Assembly (NCBI RefSeq): GCF_020745735.1 | Contig: NC_083409.1 | Coordinates: 64,810,048 to 64,874,047, forward strand | Source of the DNA: Hemiscyllium ocellatum | Lineage: Eukaryota | Direction: 5' to 3' | DNA: 64,000 bases | Shown here: positions 39,701-51,700 of the stretch, one piece after another | How the letters are laid out: every line of letters starts with the position of its first letter | Position numbering within the stretch: the stretch's first letter is position 1 | Position numbers and translations under genes: made by a program | Notes under the pieces: generated by a model | What the model saw: the letters and a program-made list of their open reading frames with translations, nothing else | Database searches by the model: none | What the model was told of the DNA's origin: nothing

Positions 39701-42700
39701 GACTGGAGCAGTTCAAGAAGGTTACCTATCATTAGCTTCTCACGGATGGGGAATAATCCTGGCTTGACTAGCAACTTCCACATTCCATAAACCAATAAAA
39801 ATAATCACAATTATCTTCCTGTCTATCAGGTGAGACCCCAACTACTGTATAGATTTGTTGGTCAGGTGTCTGCTGGGTCTTCTTGATGCCTTCCTGAGCT
39901 GGATAGTGCTTACATGTTAAAGGCAGCATCTTTCATTTCTGTTCTGCAATCAGTGCTAGCATTCATGTTTGGAAAATGGTTGGGACAAGTTCACAAGGCA
40001 AGTAGTTCTGGCAAAGTCTGAACTGAGTCTCAGCCAGTAGCTTATTGGCAAGAAACTACCATCAGCTCCTCTATCACTTTACAGATGAGTTAGACCTATC
40101 CCGCTCTTTGACAATAGGATTTGCAAGCCCAATTTTCCAAATTATCAACTGTATGCTTGTTTCATTGTTACACAGAGATAGCTTGTGTAGTCCTAGTCAG
40201 TATGGTGTGCAACTCCTCAATTTTACATGCTCTATGTTATATTCTCAGTAAAAAGCAGACCATTTTAATTATTTAGTATTGCGATGTAAAACTAAGCTTT
40301 TCTGACTTAATCTTATACTCAATATGATGGGCGGCATGGTGGCACAGTGGTTAGCACTGCTGCCTCACAACACCAGAGACCCGGGGTCATTTCCTGCCTG
40401 AGGCAACTGTCCGTGTTGAGTTTGCACATTCTCCCCATGTCAGCGTGGGTTTCCTCCGGGTGCTCCGGTTTCCTCCCACAGTTCAAAAAATGTGCAGGTT
40501 AGGTGAATTGGCCATGCTAAATTGCCCGTAGTGCTAGATGAAGGGATAAATGTAGGGGAATGGTCTGTGTGGGTTGCTGTTCGGAGGGTCGGTGTCGGCC
40601 GAAGGGCCTTTTTCCACACTAAGTAATCTAATCTAAATTATCAATAAAAGTGAACAGCCTAAAGATTTGAATCAAGCCAAAAGCAAAGTACTGCAGGTGT
40701 TGGAAACTTGGAAAAAAAATTAACTGCCAGAAATAATCAACTGACAATGTCTGTCGCGAGAATAAAAAAAAATTAGCATTTCAGGTCCATGTAACACTTT
40801 TGAACCAGTTGTAATAAAAGGTCACATCCTCTTCAGATCTGCACATATTTTCAGGATATTTTGTTATTATATCTGTTCTTACTGAGTGTTTGTTCAATCC
40901 ACCTTTCATGAGACTGAAGTAGTACTTGTGCAAAATATTTGTACATCTGGTTCTGACCACATCTGTTAGGTTAAGTGAACATAGATTAAGTCAACATCAA
41001 TAAAAATGTCAATCTGTTTACAAGAACAACTAATGTCCTCGTCCTAAGAGGTTACTTATAGCAGATCCCATTTTGTAACACAGCTGCCGAGAGCATCTAT
41101 TCTTCTCATTTGTTGCCTGATTTTTCTATCATAATCCTCTGTTTTCAATCCTAAATATATTTTCTCTAAACTTTGGGTGATTTGGATATTTATTTCAAAT
41201 TAGCCCTTTACTTCCTTCAAAATACAACAGTAACAAATAAATTTACTTATTTTGTACAGTTATAATATTCTGTAGTAACTAGCAAGTTGATGCAATAGTC
41301 CACTGCAATTTTTGGAGTAAGTTTTCTAAGACATTAACGTTGCTGTCAGAGTTTTGACTCCAAATACCTCGTAAGTCTGCCCCTCCAGATCCTTTGCATC
41401 ACGCCAGTTACCCCAAGAGTCTCGCACACGCCGTCTTCTGGTACGCTTCAACAAATAGCAAAAAGCAGGGGATTGAGAGTTATCCAAAGCATTACCTATG
41501 CACAGACAATCATTTACAAAAAAATAGGTTTGCTGATAGTTTAAGGATACCTATTTTTCCCAAGAATACTGAAGTACTCTCGACACAAGCCTTTCTCCTT
41601 CAGCCTAAGGCTAATTGTATATTAATTGTGTGCAATCAAATGCAATCATTGTGCTTTACGTTTTTCACTTTGTCCTTACAAATGTTAAAAAAAAAAATCA
41701 CACAACACCAGGTTATCGTCCAACAGGTTGAATTGGAAGCACACTAGCTTTCGGAGCGACGCTCCTTCATCAGGTCATAGTGGAGGGCTCAATCGTAACA
41801 CAGAATTTATAGCAAAAATTTAGTGTGATGTAACTGAAATTATACATTGAAAAACTGATTGTCTGTTAAGCCTTTCATCTGTTAGAATACAGTGATAGTT
41901 TCACTTCTTTCATGTGTAAATCACAAAACCCTTTTTTTAAATTGCATTCTTGGGTTAGCTGTTAACAATGGTGATACCTAGACAACATGTTGTCTACCTA
42001 CACCATTGTTAACAGCTAACCAGAGAATGCAACTTTTTAAAAAAAAAAGGGTTTTGTGATTTACACATGAAAGAAGTGAAACTATCACTGTATTCTAACA
42101 GATGAAAGACTTAACAGAATCAATTTTTCAATGTATAATTTCAGTTACATCACACTGCAAATTTTTGCTATAAATTCTGTGTTACGATCGAGCCCTCCAC
42201 TATGACCTGATGAAGGAGCGTCACTCCGAAAGCTAGTGTGCTTCCAATTAAACCTGTTGGACTATAACCTGGTGTTGTGTGATTTTTAACTTTGTACACT
42301 CCACTCCAGCACGGGCATCTCCAAATCCTTAAAAATGGACAGGGACTGAAACTGTGCTTGTTGACTTAAGACATAGATTTTTAATCAGCATTCCCTCTAA
42401 TTTTCTTCATGACTGCACTGGCCTCCAAGGTCCATGCACGGCAGTAACTTCCAGAAAATCAGCAACACTGTGATTGTACTTCACTGAGAGATAACTCATT
42501 AAAACCAAAACCAAGCAAAACAGGATAATATCTGGAATCTGACTTGTCTAGAAATAACATTAGTTGGGATCATAACATAAGTAGTGCTTACACTTCATCA
42601 TAAATTCAAACAAATTGCCTAAAATGTTATCTTGGTTAACTAAGTAGTGAAGATTGGCACAAGATTGAGGATTATAAAAGTGCTGCTTATTTTCAGTTTG

Positions 42701-45700
42701 GTGATAACTTCAACAAGGTATTTGTCTTGGCACAAATTGAGAAATGTTTTCATTTTGACGTTTCATACATATTGTAACAAGATTTCATCTTTCTACAAAA
42801 ATAAATGGGAAGGAAAACAAAAGAGAAATTGTAGATCCAATAATGGAGAAATCACCAAGAATTTGACCTGTGGCATCAGCCACGTTTCTGATACACAATG
42901 GAGGGTCAATAGCAATTTAAAGCCACATGTGAAAATATGACCATCATGGTTATGAAATTCCTTTAACAGACGCTGCATAATCCAGAGATCGTGAAAAACT
43001 ATTATTAGATTTTATCTGATCAACGAGATTACAAGATGACAAACAACCTAACATATGTTGTTGATGCAAAAAGTTCACTCCAGATGTTTGGAGAATACCT
43101 TTAAATTAGATTGGGTTAGATTAAAAAGAATTAAAAAGTGTACAAAGACTGGCTTAGGATGCGTATATGTAAATACACAAGTGTAGTGATTAAGGTTAGC
43201 AGAAAAGATGGCAAACAAATTTAGATTCTGGGCTTTTTTTATAATAGCCTATAATATAAATGAATGGAATGCTTGATCTGAGAGTCACATTTGTTAGGCT
43301 ACTGCAGGAATTCAAGAGATATATCATTTAGAAACTGCATTGAATCAAGGAAAAATAAAAATGATGGTAAATTATAAGAAGAACGGCTTAAAACCAGAAC
43401 GTCTCTTTTCACTGCAGTAAAGAAGATTACGACCAAAATCTGAGACACATTTCCAAAATTATACAATTTTGAGTTGGTAAATAAGAACTGGTTGTAAAAT
43501 GAGTCACATTGTTGTACAGAATCAGAGTTATCACAAGAACAAATGGAGAATATTTTAGAATATAAAATGTTTGACCACATCCAAATAGGGAGACAAAAAT
43601 ATTGATATAAAATTTCATTTGATACCAATTTGAAAAGAAAGAATGTGAGAAAACTGGCAAAATTGCAGGGAAATCTAATTAGTGTAGGTTGCTTCAATTA
43701 AAGAACTTGCAGTGACACAATGTGACACTATTTCTGATTTTCTTTAATTTTCATCTTCACAGGAAGGTCAGGAAAAAAAATCTAAGAAATTATAGATAAA
43801 TCAAACTCATAACCATTTGGTCAAGGGTCAGTTGCTCCATGCCGGCCCTACCCAACTACCCACAAATTAATTTATTTTCACTTTTCTTTCGCTAAGTTAA
43901 TACATCGAACTTGCCATTGTATTATCAAGTACTACTTGGACAATAATGAAGGTGCAATAGATTGAATGATTCCTATGTGATAAAGGTTAAAAGTTTTATG
44001 AAAAGATATTTAGTAGAACTTTACTTCATTAAAACAACTGCAGTGTAAAATGCTGCCACGTTATTATTCTGCTGTTATTGTATATAGTCAACTTACCATG
44101 GACTGCAATCTTTGAGCAAGCAAATATGTCTGTTCACTGTCCTTTCCTTCCTCTTTATTACGCACTCGGTCTACAGGTCGTGGTCGATGATATATTGCCT
44201 GTTCTGTAAAAGCAAAAGAAAAAGTAAGATTTACAAAACCCTTCATCATATGGTGAAACGCAATAATACCAAGTTCAGACTTCGATCAATGTAAAATCTC
44301 ATTGACAATGCTAAGTAGTACCAAAACATACTTCTAAAGTTTGCTGCTTTCGATTGGTGTTCCACTTTTATGGATATAGTGGCCAAATGCTATCAACCAT
44401 CAAATAAGATTACACTATAATTTTCAAACACCAATACCAAAATGAAGTAACTATTCTTCCAGCTCTCTCTATCTCCCTCTGCCAACCACCACTTCCCCCC
44501 ACACATAGTCAAAAAAAATTAATTGCCAATGAATGGTGACAGAGATTGATGCTGGCCAGGATTCTAATTCCTGAGTGCAAACTAATACAAAAAGCTGAAA
44601 ATGTGGTGAGAGTTTCAGCCATGCTATTCCAAGGGACAAACATATAATTCACTGTCAAGTTCTATGTCGAAATAATAGCTACATTGTGTAGTATTAATCT
44701 ACTGTGGCTTCCTACCCAAACAAGGTTACAATGGGATAGTAAAAGCAAAATTTTTCAGATGCTGGACATCTAAAAGAAAAACAGGAACTACTGGAGAAAC
44801 TCAGCAGGTCAGGCAACATTAGTTGAGAGAAAAAAAGTTACTTTTTCAAGTCTGACACAACTCATCTTTGATATTCTTCCAACATGTCATATTAGATTTG
44901 AAATGTCAACTTTAATTTCTCTCTTCAAGGATACAATGCTTCCAACTGCAAATGTTTGAGAGAAAATGTACTGAGAAAAGTTAAATATTTACAGAAGTGA
45001 TCGCGAACCAACTAGATGAGTTCCTATCAACTCTGAAGATTCTATTTCTGATGCCACTTTTTAGTGGCCCACTTTATAGTAATTGTAATCCCTGATGTTC
45101 TGATTTACTAATTATTAAGAAAGCACAATTTTTAATGAACATAGCTCATCAGGATATTCTGAATCAAAGGTCAGCTGAGGTTTGCTGGTCACAGAAGCAA
45201 TCCACACATTGATTCTTACTTATGGGTGGAACATGACGAAAAATATCGGCATCAAGCTCTTAAAAACTTAAAACATGAATAATGAGGGACTAGGAACTGT
45301 TGATAATCAGAGAGAAATGTATGTCTTTGCTCATAAAATACAGGAAGTTAACATGCAGATACTACCAATAATTGGGAAAGTAAGTGATAGGTTAACCTTT
45401 ATTGCAAAAGGATTGAAGTATAAAAATAAAGAGGTTTAGTTGAATTATATAGCACCTTGTTTAGATTAGTCCTACAGTACAGTTTTGGTGTTCTTACACA
45501 AGCTAGAATACATTTGGCAGCAAAGCTTCACCAGATAGATTCCTAAGATGAAGGAACTGTTCCGTGAGGTCATAGAGATGTACAGTATGGAAACAGACCC
45601 TAAGGTCTAACTCGTCCATGCCGACCAGATATCCCAACCCAATCTTGTCCCATCTGCCAGCACCCGACCCATATCCTTCCAAACCCTTCCTATTCATATA

Positions 45701-48700
45701 CCCATCCAAATGCCTCTTAAATGTTGCAATTGTACCCTCCTCCACCACATCCTCTCGCAGCTCATTCCATACACGTACCACCGTCTGCATGAAAACGTTG
45801 CCCCTGAAGTCTCTTTTATATCTTTCCCCTCTCACCCTAAACCTATGTCCTCTAGTTCTGGACTCCGCCACCCAGGGAAAAGACTTTGCCTATTTATCCT
45901 ATCCATGCCCCTCATAATTTTGTAAATCTCTATAAGGTCACCTCTCAGCTTCCGACACTCCAGGGAAAACAGCCCCAGCCTGTTCAGCCTCTCCCAGTAG
46001 CTCAAATCCTCCAACCCTTGCAACATCCTTGTAAATCTTTTCTGAACCCTTTCAAGTTTCATAACATCTTTCTGATTGGAAGGAGACCAGAACTGCACAC
46101 AATATTCCAACACTAGCCTAACCAATGTCCTGTATAGTCGCAACATGACCTCCCAACTCCTGTACTCAATACTCTGACCAATAAAAGAAAGCATACCAAA
46201 CGTCTTCTTCACTATCCTATCTACCTGCGACTCCACTTTCAAGGAGCTATGAACCTGAACTCCAAGGTCTCTTTGTTCAGCAACACTCCCTAGGACCTTA
46301 CCATTAAGTGTATAAGTCCTGCTAAGATTTGCTTTCCCAAAATGCAGCGCCTCCCATTTATCTGAATTAAACTCCATCTGCCACTTCTCAACCATTGGCC
46401 CATCTGGTCCAGATCTTGTTGTAATCTGAGGTAACCCTCTTTGCTGTCCACTACACCTCCAATTTTGGTGTCATCTGCAAACTTACTAACTATACCTCTT
46501 ATGATCACATCCAAATCATTTATGTAAATGACAAAAAGTAGAGGGCCTAGCATCGATTCTTGTGTCACTCCACTGGTCACAGGCCTCCAGTCTGAAAAAC
46601 AACCCTCCACCACCACCCTCTGTCTTCTACCTTTGTGCCAGTTCTAAAGACTTTTGCAGATAAAAGTGGTGAAATGCTATGTGGAAGAAAGTGACTTTTC
46701 AGTTGGTGGAATCATGAAGGTTGCACCTGATAATAAAAAATAACAGCATGTCAGGAATTAGCTCTGTGATATAACTAATTTAAATTTGACAAGAAAAGGT
46801 TTGTATGAATGAATAAAATACAAACTTGGGGGTCATTCTGGATTTTTGCATGAATTTATTTAGAAGCAAGATAACAACTGCAGATTTTGAGTCAGTGTTG
46901 AGATGAGGCAAGGCTTTATAATTCAATTATTGATCAGCTCCACAGCTAGGAACTTCCAGTTATGACTTAATATTTGCAACTCCATCCCAGCTCACCAAGC
47001 AGTCAGAACCATCTAAGGTTTAAAGCTCATCACAGCCTCGATGGTTTGATCCTATAAAAAGTAAACTGCCAAGTTTCAATTTTGTGTTGAAGGCCAGTAC
47101 AGGAGAAGAATCCTTATCTTCTAATATCAAGAAGAAAACTAATGGTAATATTTTCCGACATTTTATATTTACATTGAGATATACATTTGCGACTTTTAAC
47201 TTTATTTCACTCCCTTTCATAATCTGTGGAAGCCAGTTCCTGACACATGGCACATTGTGCAGAATTGCACTTTAACATTGCCACACAGATCAACTGAAGT
47301 GCAGGAAGTTGTCTAAAAAGAAGTTATAGTGCCACCCAAAGGAAATATAAAATAACACAACAATGATTGTCAGACAGAAGGATTTTCCACAGTCTGAAAG
47401 CAATAGGAAGCGAAGAATTTAAAAAAAGAAATGGAATTAATGAAAATAAAATGAGGAAGAGAAACAAATCAGCTGTTCAGATTACTAGAAAATCTCTGCC
47501 TGGCATTTGGTCATTTTAACTGTTGAAGTGATGCCAATGGTTATCGAAACAAAGTCCAAACTAGCTCTCATAATGGTCAGTTTGCGCATAGGATATTCTC
47601 CAGAGTCAATAGCCAATAACTGTAACAGAACTGGACAGTGAATATTCAAATTGAGATTTAGATATAAAAGCTTTGTCTTGCAAATAAAATATATTGCCAG
47701 CTCACCACAGCCAAAATTTATAGCTCCAATTAGTTCCAGGTACGTGTGTATCCGTCCAATGCAATTCACATCTCCACAATTTTTCAGTCCCGGACGCACC
47801 GATGTTTTATTAAGATATTTGGGTTTAGATTTCTCCCTGCAGGACAAAACAAACAAGCCATCAAACCACAATTTGAGATGGTCAGACATTTCAGTTCCTG
47901 GGATGGGCAGAAACAGATGATTTTTAAAATAAGGGTCAGAGGTGTCAAATGTGATCAATTATTAGTTGCTGAGAGTTTCCCGTTTGAGTATCGTAACCCT
48001 AAATTGGAATAGAAACAAATTAAAAAGAGAACTATTCATACTATTCCAGAAAAATTGGTTAAAATTGCAATTCATATCAGTAGCAAAAATAAATGGGGGT
48101 TCAAGGGAGATAAAGGAGCATTATACAAATAGACATATGTCCACAAAATAGCATTACAAGAGTTTTCATCACCTGATGCATAGGCACCAGATGGGTACCC
48201 AGTCTTTGACCAGCTGTCTGTAAAATACTAAACAGACAGGAACCCATTCTGTGGGGATCGAAAATTTAAAAATAACTCAGTCTTCCACTGTGGATACACA
48301 TCATCTAAGCAATGAGCTATTTAAAAAGTGGATATATCAGTTACCAGTTGATTCCTTAATCCATCAGATTACCCTTATAGGGAGAAAGCAAACAACTAAA
48401 TACCTGCATAATTTACCTGTGTAATCGAATGGAAAATAAATGAAGCAAGAGAAAATCTTTTTTGCAGAGGGTAATGGGTGTCTGAGACACACTACCAGGG
48501 AGCTGATAGTAGTAGAAACATTAGCAAAGATTTTGAGGCATTTGGGCATACACATGAACAGGAAGGAATAGAGGGATATGGACCATACGCAAGCAGATAG
48601 GATTAGTTTAGAATGTCATCGTGGTCAGCACAAACAAGGTGGGCAGAAGGGTTTATTCCTGTGCTGTACTACATTCTATATTGCAGCATCAGCACAATAT

Positions 48701-51700
48701 TAAATATTTGAATATCATACAGTCGGTAAGAGACAGATACGCAAATTTGCTCCCCCCGCAACATCGCTGTGTTGTCACAAAGTTTACATTGCTTTGCAGT
48801 AACAACAAACACAGGCCAGGAAGATGGACAAAACAGGTGAAGTAAATGAAGGAAGACAATCCTGAGCTGAGATGGTGAAGGTTTTAGTTCAATTTGTCTC
48901 CAGATATATGACCCTGGAACAGTACCATCTCCACCCATTTATCTCTCCACCTTGGAGGCTCCCTGCCTTCATTCCTGATGAAGGGCTTTTACCCAAAACA
49001 TCGATTTTCCTGCTCCTCTGATGCTGCCTGACCTGCTCTGCTTTTCCAGCGCAACACTAATCTAGAATATGACCCTGGAAAACGCACTAATAGAAAAATA
49101 AAATTCAAAACAAACTTCCCAGTTCTGTAGAGAGCATTTCACCAGTTCACAGTACCCTGGAGTAATCAAAGAGTGATCAACTAAAATGGAAGCCACATAA
49201 AAGGGTTTTTATTCCCGTTCTTTTTATCAAGTTGAAAGATATAATTAAGTACCTGTCCACCACAATAATTAAATAAAGTGACCATGTTAAAATTATGTAA
49301 GCTGCAAATGTGTTGCTGGTCAAAGCACAGCAGGTCAGGCAGCATCTCAGATGCTGCCTGACCTGCTGTGCTTTGACCAGCAACACATTTGCAGCTGTGA
49401 TCTCCAGCATCTGCAGACCTCATTTTTGACTCGAAAATTATGTAAGGTACACATACTTATTTAAGAACTCTGAAAAGCATTTCTAGTCAAGCTACAAAGT
49501 CATATTATTTAAGTAGATTTATTGGACACAAAATTCGGCTGCACAGCCCTTGTAACTTTGATACAAGAGGTGCTAGTTTAGGAAAAAAAAATGTTGTCCA
49601 CATTGCTCCTGCCCTTCAGACACAACTCATTACAAACAGTACATTGTTGAGGGCATTAATTTGAGCGTATTATGTATATGCCTGAAGTATACAAAGTAGG
49701 TGATATTAGTCAGCTTTTAACACTAATTCAACACGATTGTAAACCTCACCATTCTAGTTAATGCACCCTCCTCAATATGCAAAACTGAACATATGATGAG
49801 TTAGGAAGTCACATTGAGATTGTACACAACATTATAAGGCCTCTTCTGGATTACTGTGTCCAGTTCAGGTCATCCACTTACAGAAAGGATATTATTAAGC
49901 TGGAGAGGACTCAGAAGAGATTTACCAGGATGTTGCTGGGTATGGAAGGTTTGTGTTATAAAGAAAGGCTGGATAGGCTGGGACTTTTTTCACTGGAGCA
50001 TAGGAGGTTGAGAGCAGACCTTATAGAAGCTTATAAAATCATGAGGGGTATAGACAAGGTTAACGGTAGGTATCTTTTCCAGAGGATGGGAAATTTCAAG
50101 AGTAGGGGGCACATTTTTAAGGTGAGAGGAAAGAGATTTTAAAAAGATGTGAGGGCCATACGTTTTACACAGAAGGTAGTTCGCATGTAGAATGAACTTC
50201 CTGAGGAAGTGGTGGATGAGGGTACAATTACAATATTCAAAAGACATTTCAATAAGTACATGAATAGAAAAGATTTGGAGGGATATGGACTAGGACCAGG
50301 CAGGTGGGACTAGTTGAGTTTGGGATTATGTTCAGCACAGACTCAATGAACCATAGGGTCTGTTTCTGTGCTGTATGACTCTCTGAACAGCATATGGGCC
50401 CACTGATACATCTAGATCACCCATGAGTTTAACTAAAAATCATGTACTTTTTCAAGTAGTTGCTTACCACTTTGTACTGGCTCCTGCTGAGTTTGTGAAA
50501 CATGTCTGCAGATGTTCATAAAGGTTAGTGTACAGGAAATAGTGCTATACATAATGCTGGCCTCATACACTCACAACACATTCAGTGCTGATTGCATGTC
50601 ACAACCATTATACTTAGCAAAGAGCACCTAATTCGTATACTTCCTGTTTCATTGTAAATGAGCACAAAATAATTGCATAATACATTACCCATATTCAATA
50701 TCAGGGGTATCCTGTTTAAACCTCCACCCGCCAGCATCTCAGCTGAATCATACAAAAATAATGCAAAACCAAATTTCAAACATGCTTTGATTTGGTTAGA
50801 GAATCAAAGTAATTCATTACCTTAAAAACTGAAAACTCTATCAGACATGTTATGAAACTTTACGTAAATGGTTTTAAAACACTGCCCTTCCTTACCACTG
50901 ATCCAAGATATAGTTCCGAATTTTCAGAAAGCGTTCTGGTGTTTTTGATGATCGTCCTTCAAAAAACTCAGGGATAGCTTGTTTTTCATCTTCTGTGATC
51001 GTGTTTTTGTCCAATATTACTTCTTGCGTGGGAGTTTTTAAAATTTCTCCTTCGCTATCACAGGTCTCTTCATCCCCTTCCATTTCACAAACTGATTCAG
51101 GCAAACTGTATGCACAGATATCATTATGGATTTTCTCTTTTTCCTCTAATTGGTTAAACTCTAGAAAATCAGGTATTTGCATTACTAATCCTTCATTGGT
51201 CTCCACAGAATGTCCACATTTGCTGTAGCCTATAAAGTCTACATTAGCTGTTTTTACTGATCTTTCATTTTCTTGACTATCAATCATGAACTTCAAATTA
51301 TCAGTTTTATTACTACTTGTGACATCGTGCTTGGACATTTCTTGTTGGTCTGTCATCTGGAAACATTTTTGCAAAACCGCAGTGGAAGTGGGAGTGTCAT
51401 CTGCTCCAGATGCACTGTTACAAGTAGTCACCTCAGGTTCATCCATCTTTGAAGCAAGTTGGGTTTCACTTCCCTTCTGCTCCTGAAGCCCATTATTCTC
51501 ACTATCTGTTTCATCCATGACATCCACATCTTCATCATCAGACATATGCTCAATCTTAACAGTATTGACAGTGGGATAAACCTGACATTTTGCTAATGTA
51601 GGACTGTAATGCTCTGATGCTATCTTCAAAAGGCTCACATTTCCAGACACAAATGTTTTTGCAGACCAGATACTTGTCTCTTCCACAGGGTTTTCATTTC

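Noticed and set aside
32205-41367. U12-type introns at donors starting GTAT (32215, 41367)
   Set aside because: They read GTATAA and GTATTT, not the U12 consensus GTATCCTT.
43299-43697. 132-aa hydrophobic ORF
   Set aside because: Antisense reading of AT-rich, probably decayed LINE sequence; no recognisable domain or splice context.
45503-46616. RT-like ORFs (187, 122 and 108 aa) as host genes or an active LINE
   Set aside because: Frameshifted fragments of a 5'-truncated CR1 ORF2.
47485-47958. 157-aa ORF as a standalone gene
   Set aside because: Only 47706-47836 is coding (SWIRM exon); the rest is open intronic flank.
8973-49446. Recurrent GATGCTGCCTGACCTGCTGTGCTTT repeats as a CRISPR-like array
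   Set aside because: Dispersed in both orientations, each with its own TSD, in eukaryotic DNA; no regular repeat-spacer period.
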